DNA of 64,000 bases from an uncultured Clostridia bacterium (GCA_964441745.1 CAYTYR010000005.1:1-64000), one strand, 5' to 3'. Shown: positions 20,532 through 31,070, counted from the stretch's first letter. A program made the numbers and translations. Notes: a model not told the origin generated them from the letters alone.

Positions 20532-21740
20532 ATGACTACTTTTAAACGGTTACTATTGTTGTTGGCGCTTAGCCTGCTTATCCTTCCCGTACTGGCCTGG
20601 GGCGCAGACAGCGCTTTTATGATCAAAGGGATCAGGCCGGTTGGTATGGGTGGGGCGTTTATCGCTATCGCTGATGATGCCAATGCTTATTTTTATAATC
20701 CGGCCGGTATTACCCAAATACAAAAATGGCAGCTGCAAATTGCCAGTTTGCCGATAACGGTTAGCAATGACACCAAGGAGCTGTATGACTGGTGGAGTGA
20801 AAATGACAGCGAACTTGAAAATTTTGATGAACAAAGTTATGAAACCCAAGTCAGGTTGATCAATGATATTACGGACCAGGTTTCTAAGCTAAAGGTCCAT
20901 TTATCCACTAGTTTATTGAACCCTAATTTTATTTCCGGCCCAATTGGCCTCAGGAATAATTTAAAGTTAAATTTCGGTGTTGGCCTTTATAGCTTGATTG
21001 ATGTCCGCATCGGGATGAATAATGGCCTGCTTGTTCCCAATGTGGATATGATCGGCAATATTGATGTGGTTGGCATGGCTCCGGTTGCGTTCAAAATGGA
21101 GAAAACGCCTTTTGACCTGCCTGGTTCTTTGTCCTTAGCCGGTACGATCAAACTACTTCGCCGGGGCAGGATCGAAGAATTAAGAAAATCAGTGCTGGAA
21201 TTTGATGAGTTTGACCCGGCAATTCAATATGGCGCCGGCGTTGGCCTGGATTTCGGAACTCTCTATCAGCTGAATGAACAATGGAATTTTGGTTTAATGG
21301 TAGCTGATATCTTCGGCACTCCGGTCACGTACGACCAAATCACTTCTAACAATATCATCAAACCGGAAACCACTGATGTCATCAATCCCCGGGTTAATGT
21401 TGGAGTAGCGTTCCGGCCAAAAAATTTATATTATTGGAAGAATAAATTCCTGCCCTTAAAGAATCACTGGGTTCTGGCTGCTGATGTTAATGATCTTACT
21501 AATACTGATGAGGACCTCTTTGGGGCTTCTTTCTTTAAGAAGTTGCACCTTGGCGCTGAATATCAGACTAAAATGTTGTCTATACGTGGCGGGTTTAATT
21601 CCGGCTACCCGACTTTTGGCTTAGGTCTGGATTTATGGCTGCTCAATCTGGATTATGCTTTCTATGGCGAAGAACTTGGGATTTATGCCGGCCAGATCGT
21701 TGCCTGGAACCATATGGTAGCTTTGTCTATTGGCTTCTAA
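20532..21740 (+). CDS. Outer-membrane beta-barrel, TraF/PorV/FadL-like superfamily
   Basis: Signal peptide, GIRPVGMGGAFIAIADDANAYFYNPAG N-terminal motif, amphipathic strands, terminal Phe. Confidence 0.75.
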   Translation: MTTFKRLLLLLALSLLILPVLAWGADSAFMIKGIRPVGMGGAFIAIADDANAYFYNPAGITQIQKWQLQIASLPITVSNDTKELYDWWSENDSELENFDEQSYETQVRLINDITDQVSKLKVHLSTSLLNPNFISGPIGLRNNLKLNFGVGLYSLIDVRIGMNNGLLVPNVDMIGNIDVVGMAPVAFKMEKTPFDLPGSLSLAGTIKLLRRGRIEELRKSVLEFDEFDPAIQYGAGVGLDFGTLYQLNEQWNFGLMVADIFGTPVTYDQITSNNIIKPETTDVINPRVNVGVAFRPKNLYYWKNKFLPLKNHWVLAADVNDLTNTDEDLFGASFFKKLHLGAEYQTKMLSIRGGFNSGYPTFGLGLDLWLLNLDYAFYGEELGIYAGQIVAWNHMVALSIGF

Positions 21741-21789
21741 GGAGATTGATTATTGTGATTAAAATAAATAATTTATAGAATATTAGATA

Positions 21790-21822
21790 GGCCGTTCCGA
21801 TATGATCGGAACGGTCTTTCTA
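21790..21822 (+). terminator. Possible intrinsic terminator
   Basis: GGCCGTTCCGAT-ATG-ATCGGAACGGTC stem followed by TTTCTATT. Confidence 0.4.
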
Positions 21823-21837
21823 TTATGGGAGACCCTC

Positions 21838-23568
21838 TTGAAAAAACTTTTTTTTGTTCTTTTGATTTTTCTTTTACTCGCGACGCACGACGCACGACGC
21901 ACGGCGTTATTTGCTGCTCCCCCGCATCCGTTGATTTACGATACTGGCCCATTATCGCCGGAAATTCAGGCTTTGGTTACCAAGCCACGGATCGCTGTGC
22001 CTAACATGCCTGCTGAATATGTATCCAGCAGGGCAATTACTACCGGGACAGCGAGAGTAGCGGCAATCCTGATAGAATTTACAGATGTCACGGCTTCGGC
22101 TGCCCATTCCAAGACCTATTTTGATAATATGCTATTTAGCCAGAATACAGGAAACAACAGTTTATATGATTATTTCAAAGAGGTCAGTGAGTCACAACTT
22201 GCTGTAACCGGAACCACCGGCGCTCGCTGGTATAAAAGCAGCCGGAGTATGAGCTATTACGGGGCCGATGGTTCAGGAGGAGTGGATACCTATTATACTG
22301 ATATCTCTAATCTGGTCATTGAAGCTGTACAGCAAGCAGATGCTGATATCAATTTTGCCCAGTATGATCTTGATGGTGACGGCATTGTGAATCATGTGAT
22401 CATTGTGCATGCCGGGTACGGGCAGGAAGATACAGGTGATACTGATAATATCTGGTCGCACAGCGGTTCTTTTACCGTGACCAGCGGTGGTATCACTGAT
22501 CCAAATGGATACCTGACCAATGACGGGGTGCATGTCAAAAACTATACGATGATGAGCGAATATTCTAAAGTCGGGACCTTTGTTCATGAATTCGGACATG
22601 ACCTGGGATTACCTGACCTGTATAATACCCAGAGTATTGGCGGGACTACAGTGGTCGGGAATTGGGACCTGATGGATGGTGGATCGTGGTTGGGCCCTGG
22701 CCAGGATGGTACTCGTCCGGCTCATATTGGGGCCTGGGGTAAGCAATATCTGGATTGGGTAACGCCAATTGCGCTTGACCAGCAGGAAACAGCAGTTCCT
22801 GTTCACCCCAGCGGGACACAGAGTGTTTACAAGATCCCGCTAGCGACAGCTGATGATCCTCTGAAAGAGTATTTTCTGGTGGAATACCGCCGCAAAGCGA
22901 ATTTTGACCAGTACTTGCCTGGAGAAGGTTTGTTGTTTTGGCACATTGATGACGCCATGCTTGATTATGAAACCTCTGATTCTTTGGGCAATACTGGCAC
23001 AGCTTTAGATTTGAATGTAGTCAATTCGGAACCATATGTCCCGCATCGCGCTGTAGACCTGGTAGAAGCAGATAATACTGATAAGACCAGTGAAGCCAGC
23101 GACCCGTTCCCGGGGACGAGGGGCATCACTAGTTTTGCCAGCCCTAATAATGATCCCTACAGCCAAAATTCATCCCCATTCACTATTCTCAATATCAGCA
23201 ATGCCGGTGGTAGTTCTATGACTTTTGATATTTACCAGGCAGTGTTTACCATAGCGCCGGATATTACTGATGTTTATAGCTATCCTAATCCCAGCGCTAC
23301 CGGCCAGGTCAAGCTGAAGATTATCACTACCAACCTGGTGGAAACCAAAAACATCGAGCTGAAAATATATGATGTCAGCGGAGAACTGATCCGGGAAGCG
23401 AAAAGCGGGGAGATCAGCCAGGTGGCTATCTCTGACAATAAAGCTGAGTATGAGTATGCGTGGGATGCCAAAAATGAAAACAGAGAAAAAGTAGCCAGCG
23501 GAATTTATCTTTACTGGTTTAAAGCGGATAATAAGGAAAAGGTTGGCAAAGTAGCGATTATAAGATAG
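21838..23568 (+). CDS. Secreted M6-family (immune inhibitor A-like) metalloprotease with C-terminal FlgD-Ig/T9SS-CTD-like domain
   Basis: HEFGHDLGLPDLY zinc motif, DLDGDGIVNHVIIVHAG, WDLMDGGSW, EYFLVEYR; tail YSYPNP...LKIYDVSGELIR...WDAKNENREKVASGIYLY...KVAIIR; TTG start after GGAG. Confidence 0.88.
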   Translation: MKKLFFVLLIFLLLATHDARRTALFAAPPHPLIYDTGPLSPEIQALVTKPRIAVPNMPAEYVSSRAITTGTARVAAILIEFTDVTASAAHSKTYFDNMLFSQNTGNNSLYDYFKEVSESQLAVTGTTGARWYKSSRSMSYYGADGSGGVDTYYTDISNLVIEAVQQADADINFAQYDLDGDGIVNHVIIVHAGYGQEDTGDTDNIWSHSGSFTVTSGGITDPNGYLTNDGVHVKNYTMMSEYSKVGTFVHEFGHDLGLPDLYNTQSIGGTTVVGNWDLMDGGSWLGPGQDGTRPAHIGAWGKQYLDWVTPIALDQQETAVPVHPSGTQSVYKIPLATADDPLKEYFLVEYRRKANFDQYLPGEGLLFWHIDDAMLDYETSDSLGNTGTALDLNVVNSEPYVPHRAVDLVEADNTDKTSEASDPFPGTRGITSFASPNNDPYSQNSSPFTILNISNAGGSSMTFDIYQAVFTIAPDITDVYSYPNPSATGQVKLKIITTNLVETKNIELKIYDVSGELIREAKSGEISQVAISDNKAEYEYAWDAKNENREKVASGIYLYWFKADNKEKVGKVAIIR

Positions 23569-23576
23569 TGATTGTT

Positions 23577-24665
23577 TTATTTTCTTACTTTCTTTACCAG
23601 CAGCCAGACGCCGATACTGCCGAAGGTTAGGTTAGAGAGCCAGGCTGCCAATATTGGGGTTAAGATTTTATTCTCACCCAGAGCGTGTCCAATCTCCAGC
23701 GTCCCCCAGAAAACAAAGGCGATAGCCATTCCTGTGCCAAAATTCATGACTTTACTGGATTGTTTAGTCCACAGGGCAAAAGGTATCCCGATCAGCAAGG
23801 TTACCAAATTGGCAAAAGGGTAAGAAAATTTAAGGGCCAGTTCCACTTGTTCCTTGTTGGCTGGGATCCCATTTTTGCGGAGTCGGATGATATAATCTTT
23901 AAGTTCCCGGTAATCCATTTCAGTGGACTTTTTAGCTTCCCGCAGGAAATCGCCAGGATCTTCCGGCAAGATAGGATTTATTCTTTCAAATTTTTCTTCT
24001 TTGATAATATTTTTTCCCTGCTGGTCAAATTCCCGAATAATCCCATTGTTGAATACCCATTGGGTATCCTGCCACTGCCCTGATTTAGCTACAATTTGCT
24101 TCACTAAGTTGTGGGTACTATTAAATTCATCGATTTGCAAATCTTTCATGATGCTGTGCTGCCCGTCAAAAGACTTGATAAAATAAATACGGTTGTTTTG
24201 GCCCAGATGAATGACATTGTTACGCTGTAAATAATCTAGTCCTTCTTCATGGCGGATCTTGTGCTTCTCATATAATTTTGCCTTGTATTCCAGCGGTGAA
24301 GCCAGGATTTCATTAAAAAAGAAAGTTAAACCGCTGAGGATGGCGGTAAAGAGAAACAGGGGCAATAAGATACGATAGATGCTTAACCCGGAAGCTTTCA
24401 TGGCGGTGAGCTCATTATAACGGAGCATGTTGCTGAGAGAAAACAGGGTAGCTAATAACGTCGCTACAGGCATTACCTGTACTAGCCAGAAGGGCAAGCG
24501 GTATAATAAATAGATAATAATTTTGTTAGGCGGGGTTTTGTAGTTCAAAAAAGTGTCTATCTTGTCAAAAAACTGGGAGATCAGTACGATCAGGGCAAAG
24601 CAGCTGATGGCAAAGAGAAAAGCCTGCCCGTATTGTTTTAATACATAACGATCTGCTATTTTCAC
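23577..24665 (-). CDS. lptG: LPS export ABC permease LptG
   Basis: IADRYV start, NELTAMKASGLS, periplasmic beta-jellyroll region, LAAWL. Confidence 0.85.
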   Translation of the reverse strand: MKIADRYVLKQYGQAFLFAISCFALIVLISQFFDKIDTFLNYKTPPNKIIIYLLYRLPFWLVQVMPVATLLATLFSLSNMLRYNELTAMKASGLSIYRILLPLFLFTAILSGLTFFFNEILASPLEYKAKLYEKHKIRHEEGLDYLQRNNVIHLGQNNRIYFIKSFDGQHSIMKDLQIDEFNSTHNLVKQIVAKSGQWQDTQWVFNNGIIREFDQQGKNIIKEEKFERINPILPEDPGDFLREAKKSTEMDYRELKDYIIRLRKNGIPANKEQVELALKFSYPFANLVTLLIGIPFALWTKQSSKVMNFGTGMAIAFVFWGTLEIGHALGENKILTPILAAWLSNLTFGSIGVWLLVKKVRK

Positions 24666-25768
24666 TATACTTTCCCTCTGATTACTTTAATACTGAACAG
24701 TATTCCGGCAATGCCTATTACTATATTTGGCAGCCAAATGGCGATAGCCGGCTTTATTATCCCGCGTTCTCCGGCAGTCATGCCAGAGATCAGGATTGTA
24801 TAATACACTATGATCAAGATCAAGCTCATGCCAAAACCAAGTCCTTTCGTTTTCTGTTTTGGCCTTAAGCCCAGCGGGATAGCGATTAAAGCGAAAGTGA
24901 GGCAGGCAAAAGGAATGACATTGCGTAAATGATATTCCACTAACAGGGTATTATTTTTAATGTTGCTCTTTTCCAGGCGCTGGATCTCGGCGCCTAACTC
25001 CTGCTTATTCATTTCCCGCAGGCTTTTATAACGGATGGCATCTTTAGACGCGTCTTTAGCCAGGTCAATGAGCATGGCATAGGTCTTGAAGAAAACGCGA
25101 TTATATTTTAAAAAGTCATTCTTATCCACCATATGCCGGGCGCCGTTATTCAGCTCCAGCACCAATCCCTGTTTCTGATCACTGCGGAAATTGCCATCCT
25201 GAGCAGTGATCATCAGCGGCAGGCCATCCTTTTCATTCCGGTAAATTATCACTCCTTTGAAAGTGGAAGCCTTTTTATCGATTGAATCAAAATATAGCCG
25301 GGTATCCTGTAATTCAATAAAAGTGCGTTCCTCCAGTTTAAGAACTGGCTGACGGTAAAGTATCTCCATATAGAGATTTCTAAATTTATGATTTGCCGCA
25401 GGTACCACCTGGTCATTGAAATAAACCCCAACCAGGGACAGCAGGACACACGTTACCAGCAGGGGAGTCATGAGCCGCAAGGTAGATACGCCGCTGGCTT
25501 TGATGGCCGTGATCTCATTGTCCTGGTTAAGACGTCCCAGGGCCAATAAAATGGCCAGTAAGGTCGCCATGGGCAGACTCAAGGTCAAAGTAAACGGCAA
25601 AGTATATGACAACAGCTTGCCTACTGCTGCCAATCCTACTCCTTTGCTGATGACCATATTGACTAAATCAAAAATACGGTTCATTAAGAGTATGAAAGTA
25701 AACAAGAGCATAGCCATGACAAATGAAGCCAGGCTTTCCCTCAGGATATATCTGGTTAAAATACGCAT
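24665..25768 (-). CDS. lptF: LPS export ABC permease LptF
   Basis: MRILTRYI, GRLNQDNEITAIKASGVS, IAIWLPN; paired with lptG. Confidence 0.85.
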   Translation of the reverse strand: MRILTRYILRESLASFVMAMLLFTFILLMNRIFDLVNMVISKGVGLAAVGKLLSYTLPFTLTLSLPMATLLAILLALGRLNQDNEITAIKASGVSTLRLMTPLLVTCVLLSLVGVYFNDQVVPAANHKFRNLYMEILYRQPVLKLEERTFIELQDTRLYFDSIDKKASTFKGVIIYRNEKDGLPLMITAQDGNFRSDQKQGLVLELNNGARHMVDKNDFLKYNRVFFKTYAMLIDLAKDASKDAIRYKSLREMNKQELGAEIQRLEKSNIKNNTLLVEYHLRNVIPFACLTFALIAIPLGLRPKQKTKGLGFGMSLILIIVYYTILISGMTAGERGIIKPAIAIWLPNIVIGIAGILFSIKVIRGKV

Positions 25769-25774
25769 ATGCTT

Positions 25775-25804
25775 ATTATATACTATTTTAAGGATATTTA
25801 GCAA
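25775..25804 (-). promoter_or_regulatory. Putative sigma70 promoter for lptFG (leaderless spacing)
   Basis: Minus strand: TTGCTA-18 nt-TATAAT-6 nt-ATG. Confidence 0.5.
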
Positions 25805-25849
25805 TTAGAAAGATGTCTGACCGGGAAGAGGCGAGGACAAGTATTTATG

Positions 25850-25878
25850 TTGAAAAAAAGCAATTTTTAAGCTATACT
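25850..25878 (+). promoter_or_regulatory. Putative sigma70 promoter for the SprA-like gene
   Basis: TTGAAA-17 nt-TATACT. Confidence 0.55.
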
Positions 25879-25925
25879 TGTAAAAATATGTATTTTTTTA
25901 TCCTATATTGATCCTGGGGAAAAGC

Positions 25926-28900
25926 TTGCGGAAAATTATTGCCATTATCCTGATTATCGTTTTGACCTGGTTGCCGCTGGGAGCTAATATTTTAGCGCAA
26001 ACACCTAAAATGAGCTTACGTCAATCCGCCACCAATCCTGCTGACCGGCATAATTATAATGTGGACTTGAGTACTTTCACTTTTTTGCCGTTGTCCAAAA
26101 GCACAGCTCTGACAGAATCAACTGCCCCAAAGATAATGTCCTTCAGCCAGGACCAGTGGATCAAAGTTAAAAATAGTCAGGAACGGATCCAAGAGGTACA
26201 GAGTAAACTGGCTGAAGGAATTGAATTTAACCTGCCTTATGAATCCAAGCTCAACATTTCCGGCCGGAAGATGATTAATATTAAGACTGGCAAAGTCAAA
26301 TATGCCCAGCCTGATAAAAAAACTATCTCCGGGACCCCGGCCGGGGTCACTGACCGGATGGAAATGCAGCAGGAATTACAGGTAAAGATCAAGGGCATGG
26401 TCGGTCCTAAGATCTCGGTTAATATTGACTATGATGATACCAAAGAAGATAAGAGGGATATTTCGGTTATCTATAAAGGCGAACCTGAAGAAGTGGTCCA
26501 GGAAGCGGCTTTCGGCGATATTGACCTGTCTTTGCCGCAGACCGAGTTTGTGTCGTATAATAAAAAGCTCTTTGGCGCCAAGATCGATACTCTGCCTGTC
26601 TCCACAGCCAAAAATAAATTACGGGTTATGGGTATTGGCAGCCGCACGAAGGGTGTGACTGAAACCAAACGTTTTAAAGGCAACACTACCTTTGAGAAAA
26701 GAGAGTTTTTTGATACGCAGTATGTACGGCGCAAGTACTACAAAATATATCCTACTGACCCCGCGGAAGCCACTGACCTGCCTATTATTGGGGGCAGTGT
26801 TGAAATTTATATTGATAACCAAAATTCCAGTGATAATATAAATACCATACATGCAACATTGAATGATATTAACAATGATCCCGCCAATCTCTTTGAAGGA
26901 TATTTTGATAAACAAAATGCCGGACTGGATTATACCGTTGATTATGTTAGAGGCATTATTACCTTTAACAAAACAATCAACACCAATGATGTGATCGCGG
27001 TGAACTATAAAAAACCAGATGGTACCATGCTCTCAACCGCTGCCATCGGCATCATTATTAAGGATGGAGACGAGACGGCGATTACCCGGGAAATGAAGAA
27101 CTATTACAGCCTGGGTAATACCAAGCTCATCAACGACCCGAATATGTTTATTGTCAAGATTTTGGATGGGTCCCGCAATGAAGTTACCTCCAGTGCTTAT
27201 CTTTATGATGTAGATTTTGATTTTGGTACGATCAAGTTCCATACTGATCTCCCGTTTAATCCTGAAGCTTATCTTAATAATAATCCGATCCATTATTATT
27301 CTATCTATGTCGAATACCGGCATAGCGTCAAAACCTATAATCTCCGGCCCGGATTGGTGCAGAAAAGCGAGAAAGTCAAGCTGGATGGCAAGGAATTGAC
27401 CAGAGATGAAGATTATTTTATTGACTATGATATTGGCCTGCTGACCTTCCTGCAAGATGCGGTTATTACTGATGATACCGAAATAGAAGTGGATTATGAA
27501 TACATGCCTTTTGGCGGCCAATTCCAGCAAACTATTGTTGGCGCCAGGACAGAATATGAATATGCCGAAATGTTTACTCTGGGATCCACGGCGCTCTATA
27601 ACTGGGCGACCTCTCCCGGCGCTATCCCGGATGTGCGTTCTACTCCGGAAAGTATCCTGGTGCTGGAAGGAGACACGAAATTAAAATTACGGCCAGAGGA
27701 ATTTTGGAAATTGAATTTAGAAGGATTAAGCATAGATCTTGGGGCGGAAATAGCCCAAAGCAAATATAATCCGGATATCTTTGGCAAGGCCATGGTCGAT
27801 AATATGGAAGGCTCAGAAATTGCCGATACTGTCTCGACTGATGAAAACTTATGGCAATTAGGCAGCGGCAGGCTGCTCTTTGATCAAACCCAAAAAGGAA
27901 CCTTGGAGTGGGCTAATGGCGATGAAGAAAAAAATACTATTAATGATCAAACAACGGAAGAAGGGCGTGAGCAAACCCTGGACCTGACTTATAATTTGCC
28001 GGCGACTGATTCCTGGGTGTCTGTGGTGTATCCTATCTCTAAGTCCGGTGTGGATTTTAGTAAACACAATTATCTGCAATTTTGGGTTTACGGCGAAGGA
28101 GTTGGTGAAAAACTTCATGTTGACTTGGGACGGCTCAGTGAAGATGCCGATGGCCAAGGCGGTTTTGAAAACGATGTGCTGGTCAATGGTATTGTAAGGT
28201 GGAGAAAAGGTTCGCCCAAAACTGAAGATTTAAACAATAATGGTTTGCTGGATGTCGGAGAAGATGTTGGTTGGCAATATGTCAATCCTGACGGCACCAT
28301 CAACCAGACCGGCGCCGGAAACGGACGTTTGGATACTGAAGATTTGGATGGCGACGGTATTTTAAACACCACGGAAATCATCGCGACCACTGATAATCTG
28401 ATCGATATAAATTGGCAAGGCTGGCAGCAGGTGGTTATTCCGATAGATATTACCGCCAGTAATTTGTCTGCCTGGCAAAATGTCAAGCATATCCGTTTTT
28501 GGCTGAAGAGGGGCTCTGAATCATATCACACCATCCGGCTGGCTAAGATGGAAATCGTCGGTAATCGCTGGGATCAACCAATAGTAAACCAGGCCGGGAC
28601 GATGGACGTTTCAGTCAAGTCCCAGGAAGATGACAGTAATGTTTCTTTGAAGGATAATGGGGATTATAACTGGCTTTACCGGGACACGGTTGACAAGGAT
28701 ATGGATGAGAATAGCACATTAGTGCTGAAATATTCTTTAGGTCCCGGAGAAGAAGGATATACTAAACGGCAATTGTCCAAATCACTGGATTTTTCCAAGC
28801 ATAAGAAAATGCGGTTTTTTGTCTATGGGGATGGCCAGGGAGAAACTTTCTATCTGCGTATCGGCGCAGATGATAATAATTATTATGAATTCAGCAGTAC

Positions 28901-31070
28901 CATGACTTGGACCGGCTGGGAGTTGATCAGCATCGATATGCCGGAGGATTTCAAAAAACCTGTCACCGGGAATCCCAGTTTGACCAATATTTTAATGATC
29001 CGAATGGGTATTATCGGTGTCGGAGCTCCCGGGGAACATGAGATCTGGGTTGATGAAATCCACTTAATAGAGCCAATAGAAGAGACAGGGGTAGCCCAAA
29101 AATATTCCCTGGACTCATCATATAAAGACCTGATTACGGTAAATGCCAAGCATCGTTCAATCGATGACAAGTTTAGCATGGTAGGTGTGCCAAAGGTTAA
29201 TCAGGAAGTTACCTCAGACAGTGTGACCGGGGCTATGAATAAACTTCAGGTAAGACAAGTGAACATGCCCACTAAGGTTACCTGGAATAAAACTACTACC
29301 GTCACGCCAACTACCTTCCGGACAGAGCTGTCTACCCTGGATGAAGGTAAAGTGATCGCTGATAATTTTAATGTACAAACAACTTTAAGTAAAGAAGAGT
29401 CCCCACAGCTGGGGCTTAGTTACACCCGTAATAATATTAATTCTAATTTACAGTATCAGGTAAAAAAGATCTATACATACGGTTCCACGCTTAACTATAG
29501 TAATAAACCGCAGGTTTGGAAACCGCTGAGCCTGGCTTTGCCGGATGCCTTTGCCGGTAATTATAACCGCATTCATGGATATACGACTTATGAAGAGATC
29601 CAGAAGAAGAATCCAGGATATGAGGATCTCTTTGAGCAAACTGATGATTGGTCGGTAAATCCAACTTATATTTTCCAGTTCAAGGCCAAAGCGGCAGCTA
29701 AATCTAAAATCGCCGCTGCTGCAGCCGCTAAAGTGGCTACAATTACGACCGGCCTATTGGGAGCAGGCACTACCGCTGGGTCTTCTGAGTATGTCAATCG
29801 GTTGACCCTGAGCCCTTATTACAAACGCCGCAAAACAGCTGAAACAAAAACGTTTTATGATGATCTCGCTTTCAAACGCAAAAAGTCAGATGCCCAAACA
29901 GTACGTTTAAATGCGACCTTTGAACTATTTAAATGGTTAAACCCGACTTTTAAATATAATATTGATACCACTGAAACTTACAATGTCGACGCTTCCAGTA
30001 AGCAAGTCAACCGGTCAGCGACTACAGAAATATTTAATGCGTTGAAGATGCGGGACCTCTGGTCTTGGCGTCCCCTGGACTCGTTCAACATAAATAACCG
30101 TTATAAGATCGATGAAGGGGATATTTATGATAATGCTGATGCTCCCTATCAGACGATGAATAAATTGTTCGTCAAAAAGCAATTGGAATCTGGGGACCTG
30201 AAATCAACCAACCGGCTGATAACATTTGAAAATACGGTGCGCTGGCTGCCATTTGATTTTCTGAACCTGAAAGGCGGCTGGCGGCCGGTCAAAACAATAG
30301 ACACGACGCTAAAGTATACCAAGATCAATGAGCATAAGATCACTACCGGAACTCCGTATAATTCGTTTAGCAAGACCTTCCCGGATGTCATTTTAATTAT
30401 CAGGGAAATGGAAAACTTTCCAGGCCTGTCGTATTTCCTGGAAGCCAGCCAGCTGGAGCTGAAATATTATTTAAAAACCACTGACCGGGTTGATATCTCT
30501 TTGGCCCAGGACAATACCTGGGGAGCAAAATGGCGCGGCAAATTATTCAAAAAATATACCCTGCTCTTGAATGCGGACCAGACTAAAACCAAAGAGACTG
30601 ATCCGGCTGGAGTAAAACTGCGCGATGCTTTAAATCAGAATATAGGGACACAGGTTAATTTCCGTACAGCCAGGGATTTCATTTTTGTTTTAAGCTATGA
30701 TGACCGGAAAGATTCAGAGAAGGACCGTTACGGAGCGATCCTGCGGGAAGAAACGACACGCACTCCGGCGCTGAAAATGGAAAAAGACGTGCTCTTTCCC
30801 AAAGGATTACGGATCCCGTTTACTAAAAAAATATGGGATCTTAAAAACCAGGTCAAAATAACCAGTACCCTTAAGACTATTATGCTGCGCAGTAATATTG
30901 CCGACAAAAACAGCGACACTTACTATGCTTCAGCCAGCGCAGATTATACGGTCAGCTACAATTTTGTGATCACTCTGGGCGTAGATGGCAGCATGGTCAA
31001 GAACAAAGAGCTTAAAATTAACGATTATTATACCTATGGCGCGAACTTTAAATTGCTGATCAGGTTCTAG
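25926..31070 (+). CDS. SprA/Sov-like giant outer-membrane protein (T9SS translocon-related)
   Basis: Signal peptide; QQELQVKIKGMVGPKISVNIDYDD...YKGEPEEVVQEAAFGDIDLSLP...KLFGAK resembles the SprA N-terminal region; DYTVDY/DYFIDY repeats; TEDLNNNGLLD and DTEDLDGDG motifs; C-terminal beta strands ending in Phe. Start is 25908 or 25926. Confidence 0.7.
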   Translation: MRKIIAIILIIVLTWLPLGANILAQTPKMSLRQSATNPADRHNYNVDLSTFTFLPLSKSTALTESTAPKIMSFSQDQWIKVKNSQERIQEVQSKLAEGIEFNLPYESKLNISGRKMINIKTGKVKYAQPDKKTISGTPAGVTDRMEMQQELQVKIKGMVGPKISVNIDYDDTKEDKRDISVIYKGEPEEVVQEAAFGDIDLSLPQTEFVSYNKKLFGAKIDTLPVSTAKNKLRVMGIGSRTKGVTETKRFKGNTTFEKREFFDTQYVRRKYYKIYPTDPAEATDLPIIGGSVEIYIDNQNSSDNINTIHATLNDINNDPANLFEGYFDKQNAGLDYTVDYVRGIITFNKTINTNDVIAVNYKKPDGTMLSTAAIGIIIKDGDETAITREMKNYYSLGNTKLINDPNMFIVKILDGSRNEVTSSAYLYDVDFDFGTIKFHTDLPFNPEAYLNNNPIHYYSIYVEYRHSVKTYNLRPGLVQKSEKVKLDGKELTRDEDYFIDYDIGLLTFLQDAVITDDTEIEVDYEYMPFGGQFQQTIVGARTEYEYAEMFTLGSTALYNWATSPGAIPDVRSTPESILVLEGDTKLKLRPEEFWKLNLEGLSIDLGAEIAQSKYNPDIFGKAMVDNMEGSEIADTVSTDENLWQLGSGRLLFDQTQKGTLEWANGDEEKNTINDQTTEEGREQTLDLTYNLPATDSWVSVVYPISKSGVDFSKHNYLQFWVYGEGVGEKLHVDLGRLSEDADGQGGFENDVLVNGIVRWRKGSPKTEDLNNNGLLDVGEDVGWQYVNPDGTINQTGAGNGRLDTEDLDGDGILNTTEIIATTDNLIDINWQGWQQVVIPIDITASNLSAWQNVKHIRFWLKRGSESYHTIRLAKMEIVGNRWDQPIVNQAGTMDVSVKSQEDDSNVSLKDNGDYNWLYRDTVDKDMDENSTLVLKYSLGPGEEGYTKRQLSKSLDFSKHKKMRFFVYGDGQGETFYLRIGADDNNYYEFSSTMTWTGWELISIDMPEDFKKPVTGNPSLTNILMIRMGIIGVGAPGEHEIWVDEIHLIEPIEETGVAQKYSLDSSYKDLITVNAKHRSIDDKFSMVGVPKVNQEVTSDSVTGAMNKLQVRQVNMPTKVTWNKTTTVTPTTFRTELSTLDEGKVIADNFNVQTTLSKEESPQLGLSYTRNNINSNLQYQVKKIYTYGSTLNYSNKPQVWKPLSLALPDAFAGNYNRIHGYTTYEEIQKKNPGYEDLFEQTDDWSVNPTYIFQFKAKAAAKSKIAAAAAAKVATITTGLLGAGTTAGSSEYVNRLTLSPYYKRRKTAETKTFYDDLAFKRKKSDAQTVRLNATFELFKWLNPTFKYNIDTTETYNVDASSKQVNRSATTEIFNALKMRDLWSWRPLDSFNINNRYKIDEGDIYDNADAPYQTMNKLFVKKQLESGDLKSTNRLITFENTVRWLPFDFLNLKGGWRPVKTIDTTLKYTKINEHKITTGTPYNSFSKTFPDVILIIREMENFPGLSYFLEASQLELKYYLKTTDRVDISLAQDNTWGAKWRGKLFKKYTLLLNADQTKTKETDPAGVKLRDALNQNIGTQVNFRTARDFIFVLSYDDRKDSEKDRYGAILREETTRTPALKMEKDVLFPKGLRIPFTKKIWDLKNQVKITSTLKTIMLRSNIADKNSDTYYASASADYTVSYNFVITLGVDGSMVKNKELKINDYYTYGANFKLLIRF

